Shown in pieces: positions 32,144-44,800 of a DNA stretch of 64,000 nt. Position 1 is the stretch's first letter. Every line of letters begins with the position of its first letter. The position numbers were made by a program, and so were the translations under genes. The DNA lies in contig NIVC01000384.1 of assembly GCA_002269645.1 (NCBI GenBank), positions 248,001-312,000 of the forward strand, written 5' to 3'. Under the pieces are notes generated by a model. The model saw only the letters and a list, made by a program, of their open reading frames with translations. It was not told the origin of the DNA and searched no databases. This DNA comes from Macrostomum lignano. Lineage: Eukaryota.

Positions 32144-35050
32144 ATGCGGAATTGTTTTTAATATACAAAAAGCAATCATAGTAATTAGAAAACAAAAGTT
32201 AAAAATTATGACAAAACGGTTTAAAAATTCTGTACTGTACTTTGCACAAACAATTATGCAAATTATTTTACCCCATATTAGAAGGGCATGCAAATACATT
32301 ACATCAAATAGCAATTAAGCTTAATTCGATCTAAGCATTAGCCTGATTAATAATAGAAGTCAGATGAAATTTCACTACTTAAACAAATTATACGAGGACT
32401 TGATGCGAAGTTTCCGCAATGGTGAAGCCATATAATTGTTAGCCCAAAGAAATACATGCAGTGCTACAATGTCACAAAGTCAGGCGCAGTCAGGGTAGGT
32501 AAATTATTTAACCCTGAATTAGTAATTACAGCTCTAGAGAAAAGCCGATCTATCGTATTAGTGAAGGGATTGCATTACCCTAACTTATCAGAATCGGTAC
32601 AGATTGCACAGAGAGTAAGCAGTTATTGGCTACACCTATACACATTTTCCAGGCGATGCATTTATTCTAAAAAAAGACTAGCTAAAGTTACATGGCGCCA
32701 AGTTGCCTTAGTGGCTGGTATACTGCCCAGAAACTAAAATAAACATAACTGTGCCTTGATTGACTGACTGTCGGACCATTTTGCACTGTTCAAACGCTTT
32801 TAAAGCTTTCCAACACGAAATTTCCAAGTGGAAATTTTGGTTTCGTGGTCTGACTTGGATTATTCTAAAAGTACATTAGCTACGGGTCATGCGTACCTAA
32901 ACGCTAATACATAAGACAGCACGCACTCTACTCTTGTCCCAACTCTGATGCTCGAGATAATAAAGTAGCTTTAAGCTACAGTGCGGATCGATAGGAAAGA
33001 AAAAATGAGATGGGATAGACACGCTATACAGCTGTTGGACTCATACAGTAAAGCAGAGAGACGCTAAGCCGCGCATATATTTTATAAATTTAATTTATGC
33101 TTTAGATAGCAGTTAGCAGGCCTAAAGCTTGAGCAAACACAAACTACTAAAGTACAAGCAACGTTAAACTGATTTCGTTAAATTTTACTGTGCCAATGCT
33201 AATAAAAATCGCATTACTCATCTGCTCTTAGTCCTACTGATGACACGCCTAATCCAATTTATTATATATTTTTTGCAATGTCGCATTCGTCCGATTTCGA
33301 CGCAGCAAAAAAGCCATTCATATTTCCTTCCGCCTTTCCAAGCCTAAAAGTAAAACATATACACTGTAGAGCCATGCAGTGCTGCGCGCGGCCTCTGGCC
33401 AACATTGAATTGTTGACAAAGGCAAGCAACAAAAAATGCCTACACGCCCAATATAAGATAAGGCCAAGATTCGAAGTTCTAAAGACGGCGAGGAACTCGC
33501 GGGAACTCGAATCGCAGATTGGCACGAAGTTAAGGCTCGACCCAAAGTTAGCAGTCAAAGCAAACTGTCGCAGAGTTAGGGGAAAGCGCTGCACACTGGG
33601 TACACTGGGTCCGGGGAGCAAGCAATCCAGCAAGCAGCAAATGATCAACGCTTCAGCCGCTGGCCTCAGACTGGGACAGTTAATCTTAAACTGCCCTTCT
33701 CTCGGGATATATGCGACACAAATGCAAGTTATTTATACTCGGCAGAGGACGTTTTGCTCGCTTTCTCTTTCGCTCCCTCGGGAAAAGAGGAGAGTCAGGA
33801 TTCAGGAGCTTCATTGGAGTTGGGAGCTAAATCGCTATATAGGCCAGTAAGACAGGACTGCTTGCGCCTTACTGAAGAGAACAAGGGCATAGAAAGGCTG
33901 AGAACACTAGAACAAGAAAGCAAGCAGACGGGAAGTTAAGAGAGAAAAAGGGGGAGAGAGACCAAGGCATGCGCTTTGGATTTCTCCGCCCAAAAGCCGC
34001 CGCTACTGCCTTCCCAATGCCGTTTCCACTAAAATAGGAAGAGAATCCGTGCCCGACCACGGTCACGAAAAGAGAGAAAAAGGAGAGCACTGGGGTAGAA
34101 AAAGAGAAATACCTACGAATAGACTTGGCTAGACAGGTTAGAAGGGGAAACTGCGGCAAGCGGCGCCAAAAAATTGGCGGGAAATATCGAGAACGGATGG
34201 ATAGGACTAAAGGAAATTAGATGGCAAAAAGAGCCAGTCTGAGGGGACTCCCCTCACAAGCATGCAGCACTGGAGAAGGAAACAGAGAACTGTTGAAGGA
34301 AGGCTGCATAGGGTGGGATCAGCGACTGCGCACACGCACATCGTGGGTCCATGTGGGTGGGCGGTCTGGGGTGGAGAGATGAGAGAGAGGGACTTGTACG
34401 TTTGAACCACGACCAACCCCTACGGCCTAAGCACAGCCAAGCCTTGCAGCCATTCCCCAACTAGGCCAGAATTTGCATGCAAGCAAGCGACGAAAAGCGG
34501 TAGGCAACCCATTGCACAGGGGCAGCCACTGTTGGGCTTAGCAATAGCATTATACACATCACAAAAAGCTATATATAAAAGATATATAAAAGCATGCGCA
34601 AAAGCCTATTATAATCAAGTGTGCGCAGTGGGACGTGTGCGCAAGATTCAGAGTAAATAAAAGACGGGGTGCGGCTCGCAGCGCGTGACCTCGAGAGTCC
34701 ACCTCAACTTAGTGAGTATCCTAAGTATTACACTTACGAGAGAGAAAAAAGCAGCAAGGCGCATCAGTTGTCTCCGCCCTGACCCCTATGCTGTCCAGCC
34801 CGTCACGCCATTTGTCTAACAGAAACAGGACGGGGCAGAACAGACTATCCAATACGCGCAGCGACTCTCAGGCTTGAAGCATATAATACATTACCAAGAG
34901 GCAACCAGAGCAGAAAAGATATCAGACAATTAAATAATAATCGTTGCAGACTACGAACACAGCAGCAAGACACATGAACGCCTAAACAGCCAAGAGCCAA
35001 GTGAGACCATATCGAAGGGTTTCTACTGTCTTCATGCGTGGCTGGTTGTC

Positions 35051-36799
35051 ATGACAACAGCCAGGTCACAGACGCAGCAACAACGCGTTAAGCTGCGCAA
35101 TGGTGCAACAACCTACGACCTTGGTCAGTGCCTCGGTCGCGGTGGCTTCGGCATCTGCTACGAGGCCATCGAGCGAAGGTATGCAAGTTGCTGCCGTCGT
35201 GGTGGCGACGCAACTGATGGCCAAGAAGCGGAAGAAAGCGATGTAGTAGTATCTGAGAGAACAGTCGCCATTAAACGAGTCTGCATGCAACAGGTGCGAC
35301 AGGCATCAAAGGAGCCGCATCTATGGTACGAGATAGGGCTGCACAGTCAGTTAAGGCACCGCAACGTGGTGGAGCTAATCGACCACTTTGTATTTGAGGA
35401 AAATGTTTACTTTGTGCTGGAGTACTGCAACAATAGATCTCTGGCGGATATTGTTCATAACGTTAAAAGCCTGCCGCTGGAACTTGCTGCCTATTATTTT
35501 AAACAGCTAATAGATGGCCTGCAATATCTTCACGATAACAGCGTCTTTCATAGGGATCTGAAGCTGAGCAACATTCTGGTTGGTGCAGATGACACTGTTA
35601 AGATTACAGACTTTGGGCTGGCGTGCACATTTACAAGGGCTTATTTGGAACGCCACATAGCCTGCGGCACGCCCAACTATCTTAGCCCAGAGGTTCTACT
35701 AAGACAGGGTCACACAACCAAAAGCGACATCTGGTCATGCGGCGTAATACTCTATGCCATGTTCGGCGGTGTGCCACCATTTCAGACAGAAACTATAACT
35801 GCAATCTACAATAATATTGTTAACTGCAGCTACACTTTCTCAAGCCGCTATCATACTGATGAAAATCAAAAAGATCTTATAGCTCAAATTCTACAGTTGG
35901 ACAGCAACGAAAGACCTAGTCTAGGACAGATCGCTGGACACCCATTCTGTCAGTATGCCACGACTTACAAGGCCCTATTGAGCAAGGAGAGCAACAGAGC
36001 AGCCAGTTGCATTGGTCTTCGTCGCTCTAAAAGTATGCGAAACTTATCAAAAAGCCTTTCAAACCTGTTCTCCAAGCAATCAAGAACCGACCTGCGAAAG
36101 TCCACTGAAAAGCTATTCAATCGGCATGTTGCGTTGCCGCTATCGAAAAGTCTGACAGTGGTAGATCTGAGAATAGTGCGCACTACACAGTTAATTGACT
36201 ACTTTCGCGGAGAGCTAGCCTGGCAGAAGCGAGTGACAGAATTTAGCAGCGAGTGGATAACTTGGTGGCGAGACTGTTCAAACGTATGCGGTCTGTACTA
36301 CCAGCTCTCCAATGGTTTCAACTGCGCGCTGTACAATGATCAGACTGGTTGCTTAAGATCAACGCGAACTGGGCGCTATTACTTTGTCAATTTAAAAGCG
36401 CAGCGTCAACTTTTCCACGAAACGCAAGCAGAGTCGGCAGAGAGATTCTTCCAACCGCTAGTGAAAGACATTGATGAGGCCTTTAAAGGTGTAAAAACTA
36501 ATAGCAAATTGCAGGAGCAGCTGAGCTGGGTTAGTCAAAGCCGAAGCACCGGGACGCCAAACTACCTAGTGAACTGGAGGAATTTCTCCAACGGCTACTA
36601 TCACGTGTTTCACATGCGCGATCAATCGGTACAAGTGAACTTTGCCGACTGGTTCATACTACGCATATGCGGCCAGCTTTGCTATTTTTATCAGCCAGCA
36701 AAAAAAGGCTTTGTAGTCGAAACGGCCGACTTTCAGGCTTGGTGTTCGCAAGATCACAATGCGGAACTAGTTGAAGTGTTGTGCAGCATTTTCCTGTGA
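35051..36799 (+). CDS. Intronless divergent polo-like kinase, 582 aa (kinase domain plus two degenerate polo boxes)
   Basis: GRGGFGICYE, VAIK, HRDLKLSN, DFGLA, CGTPNYLSPE and DIWSCG. PB1-like WITWWRDCSNVCGLYYQLSNG...YND and PB2-like SVQVNF. Single ORF. Confidence 0.9.
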   Translation: MTTARSQTQQQRVKLRNGATTYDLGQCLGRGGFGICYEAIERRYASCCRRGGDATDGQEAEESDVVVSERTVAIKRVCMQQVRQASKEPHLWYEIGLHSQLRHRNVVELIDHFVFEENVYFVLEYCNNRSLADIVHNVKSLPLELAAYYFKQLIDGLQYLHDNSVFHRDLKLSNILVGADDTVKITDFGLACTFTRAYLERHIACGTPNYLSPEVLLRQGHTTKSDIWSCGVILYAMFGGVPPFQTETITAIYNNIVNCSYTFSSRYHTDENQKDLIAQILQLDSNERPSLGQIAGHPFCQYATTYKALLSKESNRAASCIGLRRSKSMRNLSKSLSNLFSKQSRTDLRKSTEKLFNRHVALPLSKSLTVVDLRIVRTTQLIDYFRGELAWQKRVTEFSSEWITWWRDCSNVCGLYYQLSNGFNCALYNDQTGCLRSTRTGRYYFVNLKAQRQLFHETQAESAERFFQPLVKDIDEAFKGVKTNSKLQEQLSWVSQSRSTGTPNYLVNWRNFSNGYYHVFHMRDQSVQVNFADWFILRICGQLCYFYQPAKKGFVVETADFQAWCSQDHNAELVEVLCSIFL

Positions 36800-39164
36800 C
36801 ACCTGCTATCTATATGCTGACTAAAATTAGATAAAGCCGACATTATACCAATGCAATTTGGTTGATAATGTCTTTTCTAGTTAATCAGTCATATTGATTT
36901 ATAATTTCTTAATTTCCCTAGATATCATCTTGATGGTGCCCATAAAGCTACTACTTTGTACTCAAAGAAACTCAAATTAACTACTTTGTACTCAATATAA
37001 TCAATGCACGAGTTTGCCTTGAAGGCACAAACTTTTTATAATAATAACTTAGAGCACAGTATGCTCATCCCTATTATCCTTCGTGATGTCACTACAGCCC
37101 AAAAACATTGTAGGATTGTAGGCCTGCAACAACCTGCAGCAGCTGCTGTACAATACAGCTTGTATTACACAATGTCACTGACTACTTCCCAACTACTAAA
37201 TAGAAGTGCTTATTCAATCAATTCTTACAGTTCTGCTCCTGTAATTTATTAAACCTAATGCTTTCATTTTTGTAAGTACTTGAACTGAAATAAATGCAAA
37301 GCGCACAACAAATATACTATTTTAGATTTCCAATAGGAATAAACGAATAACAGTAAATACAATCAGACACGTGGAGCCATTTTTTCAAAAGAGCAAAATT
37401 ATACCTTCTAATAAAAATATGCATCTACTACTACTGATTCCAGTAAGTAGCAAGCTAAAGCCTTAACCAAGCTGTAAGTGTCTAAGTGAAATTATATTTA
37501 TGGTTCTCATTTATTTTCTTATTGGGGGCAAGGGGAATGAATGCACCTTGGCACTTGCACTTAAATTAACATTGTCACACAACTTGGCAAGTGACACTAT
37601 TGCCCAATCTGCTAACTTTCTTGAGCAGACACAATTGCATAGATATGTAGGCATTCCTATACATATATACATGTGCAACACCATAAATTTTACCTAGACA
37701 GTGCAATTAAGGTTGCAAGAAAAATTACATTTGTTTCCAGAAAACCCTATTACAGCTCTGCTCAATATAAAATTTAAATATTTCATTGCCCCTTCTTTTG
37801 TGGCCACTAACTTATAAGAGAACTATGCTAGACTACTAGGCTATGGCCCTTTTTATCTATAGTTAAGATCAGCTAATAGAAAATTAGAACCTATAATCTT
37901 GGGAATGCCTAAGGAATAGACAATCGATTGCTTAAGTAATTGCTAAATGATACAAGAGTTATTCTAAGAAACACAAGAAATAGTAGACTGCTTAGTATAT
38001 TCTAAGAATATTATCAAAAGTAAATACTCAAACTTCTCCTTAGATTTATACTTAGACTTATATTTATAATTACATAGACCTATAATACTCAGGCCTTATT
38101 CTAAGATATATACATAGAAGTTTATTATAGTTTAGTTCAAAAGCTTGGTGGCATTAGTGGGATTTCAGAGGACAGGGATAGGGAGACAGGTGACCCTTGC
38201 CTTCCTGTTATCTCTATGGACCATCTTGCAGCTATGTTGGTTACAATGATCAAGATTTAAAGGGAGAAACTTAGCCCTGTAATAGCTTGGTGTTAGCAGT
38301 GAGACTATTTTTGAGTAGAACTAACCCCTATGACAGTTGTAAATAGACAAAGGCCAATAAGACAAAGGAAAGAGGACATCATTAGGAAATTTCAATCCAT
38401 TTCAAATGCCACTCTAGTACTTAGTCATAATGTCATGAATGTGTTATTGTAACTTAAGTTAAGTGTACTATTCTACCTCGGGCCAGTCTAGCTAGCCTCT
38501 CCCCCTTCTCTGCCTAGGCCTTGTTTGTTATTCAACCCCCATTCTCTGCATGTGACCCCCCCATTCTTTGAGTACAACCCTGCCCCATTATTTTGTTAGC
38601 CTAGCTGCCCTGCCCCTATAGATTGTGATTGGCTGCCAGTCCCAGTCTGCCATGCTACACCCCAGCAACAGCTATAACAACTTGGTGGCATTGCTAAGAT
38701 TAGACAAATACCCTCCAACAACTTAGTCACAATGGTGAGATAAACTTTGTGAAAAGAGTCAGCCTGTTACAACTTGGTGGCATCATTAGGATCAAGATGA
38801 TTTAGGAATAGAAACTGAGATAGTGCATCAATGATACTGAATATATGTTACATGTTTCTTTTTATCTTTCTTAGAAAGCCTTATTTTAAATCCATGCTAA
38901 AAACATTTTTCTTTGTTTAAATGTTGTGAATTACAAAAATTTTTTTGTAATCAATCCTTGTTATAAACAGTAAAGAATTTTTGTATAAAAAAAGCCTAGA
39001 GCAGGTCAAAAAAGCAACCATCTACGAGCTAGCGAATTTGCTTAGCAAACTAATATAATTGTTCTATATTAAAATCACTATTTTCAGTATTTAAAAGACT
39101 TATTCATTTCTTAGAGTTTCAAATTCAAAGCCCCATATTGGGAATATCAGAAATCTACTGAAAG

Positions 39165-39420
39165 TGAGAATTGCCTCAGGGGAGTAATCACTATAGAGTG
39201 GCAGAATCATCTCAGGGAGTTATCACTATAGAGTGGCAGAATCACCTCGGGGAGTAATCACTATAGAGTGGCAGAATCATATCAGAGAGTTATCACTATA
39301 GAGTGGCAGAATTGCCTCAGGGAGTTATCACTATAGTGGCAGAATCACCTTAGGAGTTATCACTATAGTGGCAGAATCGCCTCAGGGAGTAATCACTATA
39401 GAGTAGCAGAATTGCCCTAG
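39165..39420. repeat. 33-35-bp tandem repeat (GGAGTWATCACTATAGAGTGGCAGAATCRCCTCAG)n, about 7 copies
   Basis: Tandem periodicity. Confidence 0.88.
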
Positions 39421-39601
39421 GGCAATGAAATCGTTTTGAAGCTGTGATCCTAGGAATACCCAGGACCGAGAGAGAAATCCCTATAAGGAGTCAATAGTGA
39501 GAGTAAAATAGACAGTGCCATTAGACCACTTAGGCTAGAAGTACTAATACATGTACAAATGCTACCAATAGATAGATATATGCTACTTATACAAAGTAGA
39601 T

Positions 39602-39902
39602 CATACATGCGCAACAGTCGGCCGAGTCGGCCGATCCGGCCGACCGATTTGGCAGCCAATCAAGGAAGTCGCAAAAATGCCCACCCGAAAAAATACCAAA
39701 GTAGTATTACTAAGTAGCTGACGAGGCATTTTGACCTAATAAGACAGTCATAGTTACTCCTGCCGTTTACCCAAAGTTGCGTTAATTTTGCGTATGGTTT
39801 TTTTAATTACATGTAAGTCGCATTTTTGGCCAAAAACTACGTCGCATTTTTGTTAAAACTAAGTCGCATGGCCGACTGAATTTTGGAGGTTGCGCATGTA
39901 TG
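39602..39902. mobile_element. 301-bp hAT-type MITE
   Basis: Perfect 14-bp TIRs CATACATGCGCAAC/GTTGCGCATGTATG and a perfect 8-bp TSD AAGTAGAT (39594-39601, 39903-39910). Confidence 0.9.
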
Positions 39903-41234
39903 AAGTAGATAGAGAAGTAGATAATCTACCAGTAGACATAAGCATTAAGTACATTCATGCGCTACTAGTAAAAGTACATTAATAATTGTCAATAGTAGAA
40001 CAAATGAATTACCCCTAGCACAGCTTTTGGTGGCAGCAAATAAGATTACCCCAGAATAAAGAAGAGAGAGCCCTGAGACAGCTTTTGGTGACAGTGAAAA
40101 GATTGTTTTAGAGGAAAGAAGTACCCCTACGTCAACTTGGTGGCAGCGGTAGGATCTCTTATTATATAGGAATCAACCCTATGTCAAAACCTATAACAAA
40201 TTGGCAGCAACAGTGGAATTATTTAAAAATAGAAATACCCTTGCAACAAAGACTTAAAGCCATTAAGGCAATGATTTGATAGGTAGAGGATACAATTAAT
40301 TTTTTTTAGATATGAATGAATACTACTAATTTTAAGCCTTTGAAAGATAAGCTTGAAAGTTCCTAGAGAAGTTGAGGACTCAAGCAATTAAGATAGTTAT
40401 AAACATTTTTTATCATGTATAAGCTTAATACTTGATTAAAAACTGCCATAATTGGCTTTAGCCTTGTATTATTATAAGACATGATTAATAAGTGGATAGA
40501 ATGATTCAAAAGGGATATAAAGCTAAACATAATGTTATAATATATATTAGATTCTATTAGGCCTATATTGTAAAGTTCATAGTGCTTTTAATAATAAAAG
40601 CTAATTAATCCTATTTAAAGGCTTATTATACCTAATATTTAGCCAATATACTAGGATAACATTTTTGTACAAAATTGTAGATTCATTATATGCACACTAA
40701 AAGGAACTTGTGCACTTGCCTCTACAATGTTAACAAACTTGTGCAGCTATGCAGACTTTTTATAAAACATTTTGTGCAATAGGAAAACTGGAAATAAGTA
40801 TGAACTATTTGAAAAAGTTTGTATTCCACTTATGACACAAAGTTTTAGCAAGTAAGAGGCAATTTTGACTTCATAAAAAGGTCATTTATTGTTGAAATCA
40901 CAAAAAAGTATTTATTAGGCCTATTAAAACTGTAGAAAATTTTATTGTCAAATGTAGAAAAAACTTGCACAAAAAAGTCATTGATTAATTTATTTATAAA
41001 AGGTAGTGTTCCGCCATAGCCATAGCTATGGCTATGGGATCCTATGGCAAATTATATGCCTATGGTAGCTAGCTGCCAGAACACTAATAAAAGGACAAGA
41101 ATAGAATAATAATATCTGTGGTCTAAAGGTTACCATTCCATTTATAGTACTCTATTATAAGAAAAAATAAAAGTTGTATAATTGTATCTTGCTCCTATTG
41201 GAATAGAATCACCAAAACCTGCAAACACCACACA

Positions 41235-41836
41235 GTTTCAACCTACTTCGGCAAAAGAATTTTTTGGCGAAAGTCAATAATGGCAAAAAATACTTATGCA
41301 ATGACCATTTCGTCTAAAGCTGACCATTTTGGCGAAAAATTTATTCTAAGCTTTGCTGAGAAGTTTTTTGTTTTAGAAGTAAGTTAAAAAAAATGATGAA
41401 CTTTAAAAAGACTAATTTTATCTAAACATGTTATTGTTTTGTCGCAGTTTAATTTAGTTGTTTTATTAGATGCCCTTCCATTATGGCGGAATTTCAAAGT
41501 ATGATTTTAGGAGCCTGGGATTTAATCTAAAAAACCACACCATCATCATCCTTAATCTATCGACTGCATATCGATAGATTGCATGTACATAACATAGCTA
41601 CGAGCTAAGTCATGAGTTTTTTAATTTTTTTAACTGCAAATAATTTGCAGCAATGAACAATTTATTAAAAGCTTTAATCACCAAAGTGGTTTATATGCAA
41701 TATAATACGTAGTAGCCCATCTTTTCACTGAGCTGGTCACTTTCTTTCGCTGAAATGTACATCTATTGAAACTTAAAATTCACTTTTGCTGAAGCGTCTT
41801 TCGCCAAAAATTCCTTCGCCGAAATGGGCTACACCC
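41235..41836. mobile_element. About 600-bp MITE with imperfect TIRs (MULE-like)
   Basis: TIR core TTCGGCAAAAGAATTTTTTGGCGAAAG versus CTTTCGCCAAAAATTCCTTCGCCGAA. Flanks CACCACACA/CACCACGCA match at 8 of 9 positions. Confidence 0.65.
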
Positions 41837-44800
41837 CACCACGCAAGGGTACTTCAAAGGGCCACACCTATATAGCCCTATTTGAATAAGTGGCTTGGAC
41901 ACTCTTGTGCAAGACTAAGAAAAGTTAAGTTATTTATGTGCATATGCAACTGGGTAAATGGCAGGAGACTAAAGGGCAGCACACGCGCAGGTCCACAGTT
42001 TTACAACTTTTTCATATAGGGGCAGGAGTAACTATGATTATCTTATAAAAGATAAATGCCTTGTTCTGTTGTTTAATTAAAACTACTTTTATATTCTTTT
42101 AGGTAGGCATTTTTGTGACTCATCCCTAGTCCACCTACTCTACCACAATTTATAAGCCTAGTTACTGCTACTGGATCAGTCAGGTTGGCCAGCACTGCCA
42201 AGCAATTACGCATTTATGATATTTCCTTTTCCTATGAAATTTATACATAGAAAAAAGATTGTAAGATGAAATTATAAATAGTAAAACAGTCTTAGGCTTA
42301 AACTAGGCTAGGCCTATCATTGGCAATTAGCATTGTATCTGGGTGAAAGTATATATATTATATAGGCCTAAATATAGCCCTAGGCCAGTAGGCCTTATCC
42401 TACCCTAAGCTAAGGCTGGCTAGGCCTATACTATACTAGGCCTACACAATGTCACAATGACAATGATCTCCACTACACCCTCCGGGTAAATCTCAAATTG
42501 AAATATACGTAAGTTATAAACAAATTTTTTCTTTCAGCATGAATTTAATTGTTAAACCAGAAGTATTTGTACATAAATTTAACTTTTATTTATAAAAAAC
42601 TGATTGAAAAATGTGTCTTTAAACTTTTAGCCAGAGCTTATGCTTTTATCGTGGCGATAGCGACCGAAAACGTATTTTTCTGACTTGTACTTTAAGTACG
42701 TTTTTTGTTTCATAACGCTCTTTTGTGTACGTGTACTATTTTTGTCTATGGGACAATGACTGAAAATATAGGGGAAAACCTTTATCTGTGAGCTTGTGGA
42801 TATTTTACGGCTGTGTTTTCAATATTTATGAACTTATTTAGCCCTGTCTTAATTGCATGACACTTGTCTACTGTTGAAAAATTCCTGTAAGGTGTAGGTT
42901 TTCTGATAAACAAGGCCAAACATTTTGATCTTTAGTGATTCATTCTTTCAGAGACATTTTAAATATTGTTATTTTGTTTTATCTGCGACTGTCAATGCAT
43001 TGTTACTTACTTATGCCTATTGATGTTACATTTTGACTTTTTTCATGAGCACAAAATTTCCTGTAAGGTGTAAGTTTACTCAGCTCATAAGCATGTAAAT
43101 GTTCCCAAAACTTGTTATTATGTAGAAAAATACTAAACAAAGAGTAGTTTTTTATTGCATGTTCTTGTGATTTTACTAAAGAAGTATAGACCTTATTAAG
43201 TTCATTATATGGGTTTTTACCATTTATAGCCAACTAACATACTTAAGTAAGCAGTTTGTTTATTTTTGTATGAAAATCTTTGATGAATTCGCTTGTAATG
43301 ATATTCAATTTTGATCTTATGTGTATATTTTGAGCTCTAATGTTTGGTAATCCATAGAAATATTCTAATTTGTTTTTGCCAATGTATTTAATATATTCCT
43401 CTAATGTTATCATATTTGAATGCCTATTTGGGCTAGCAAAAGACAATAGGTATGGCAGGAACAGGAACCCTTAGAAACAGTTTGCATGGTTAGGAGAAAG
43501 CAAAAAGAATCCTGGTATTGCATACTTTTATTGTATTTAATGACACCTTAGAAAGCCTTTTTACTCATAATTAGGAAGCACAATCTATCTACTTCTATTT
43601 GTATTTATATCTCAATATCTGTGTGTAGCAGTATATGTTTACCTTGCAATTTGAATGCCATATCTATTATTTCTATTTAGTCATTTTCAATTGTACTCTG
43701 CTATCTTGGTATTCATTTACAAAAATACAAAGTGAGAGTCTATCTGTCTATTTGTAAATTTTGGCAATTTTCAATGTAGACATTCCTAAAATTACTACAG
43801 TTATTTTCTTTAAATTGATACCAGATAACATTAAGATGATAATACCTCATTCTTATATGGTTTCTATTTTCTACAATACACAAATTTACTTCAAAAGTTC
43901 AAAATTCATTTCTTGTCTGGAATAAAAGTGGATATTGCATGATAATAGAATATATTTATATGTATCTCTATAGTACAGTGCAAGAAGGGAGTGTTGGCCA
44001 TGATGGCATAGCAGTCATGAGGGTAGAAAGAATTGCTGGGCTGGGCCAATGCCAAATGCCACACATGCACATTGTTTCACATGTGCACTGTGTAGTTACA
44101 GTGTTGGGCATAAAAACTAACACATCTATGTAAGAGTTTGAAATCCTATATACTGTATTTGTACTGTCAGTTGCATCTTATCCTGGCCTGTACATCTGTT
44201 GCTTTCTCTTAGCATACTGTATTACCTTTCTCTCAGCATATATATGTTTTAGTTTCCAGTTTAACATTTGCCATTTGCCATTTACATTTTTCTTAGTTTT
44301 CAGTGCCATATCTGCTTTATATAGTATTTTTCAGTCTGTAAGTTTTCTGTTTTTTTTCTTTTTGCCAGTATCTTTTTGGCTTTTATTTACTGTTGTACAT
44401 TTTCCCAGTGCGAGTAACTGTACGCTTTTAATTTCATTGCATTTTTATGGTCTGCACTTCTTTATATAAGTCCAGTGCAGTTCAAGTATCTGTTTCAGTC
44501 TGTTTTTTCTTGCACATTTTAAAGTAGAAATGGGAAATACACATGCAATTTTTTGTTTTGCTTTAATTTACAAACAAACATCTACATTCTACAGACGATA
44601 TATTTGATCAGTGATGGAAACCTTTGTCAAAACTTCAAAAGTAAAATGTATAAGTATATTTTTTAACTTCTAGCTTTTTAGCAGTATGAGAGAACAGCAG
44701 CTTCGAGTTCTTTGTCAAGAAATTAAGGGAAAGTATTGGTGTTATTTTTGTGGTATGGCTTGCAATTTGATAGTTGCAAAACTTGATTCAGTTGAATTAA

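Larger units (their letters stand above)
38146..40219 (+). other. Cluster of nine LTR-3'-end + tRNA-Leu-type primer-binding-site junctions
   Basis: 18-nt TGG...GAT motifs at 38146, 38288, 38683, 38724, 38775, 40028 (19 nt), 40086, 40138 and 40202. The best copy, TGGTGGCAGCGGTAGGAT, is complementary to the tRNA-Leu 3' end. Most follow a ...ACA/TCA LTR-like terminus. Confidence 0.6.

Noticed and set aside
32456-34460. ORFs 32456-32737, 33278-33850, 33262-33648 and 33869-34159 upstream of the PLK
   Set aside because: No recognisable domains and no consistent splice chain. They cannot be supported as genes without expression data.
39165-39420. TAATCACTATAG resembling a T7 promoter
   Set aside because: A partial match only, inside a degenerate genomic tandem repeat with no other vector sequence.
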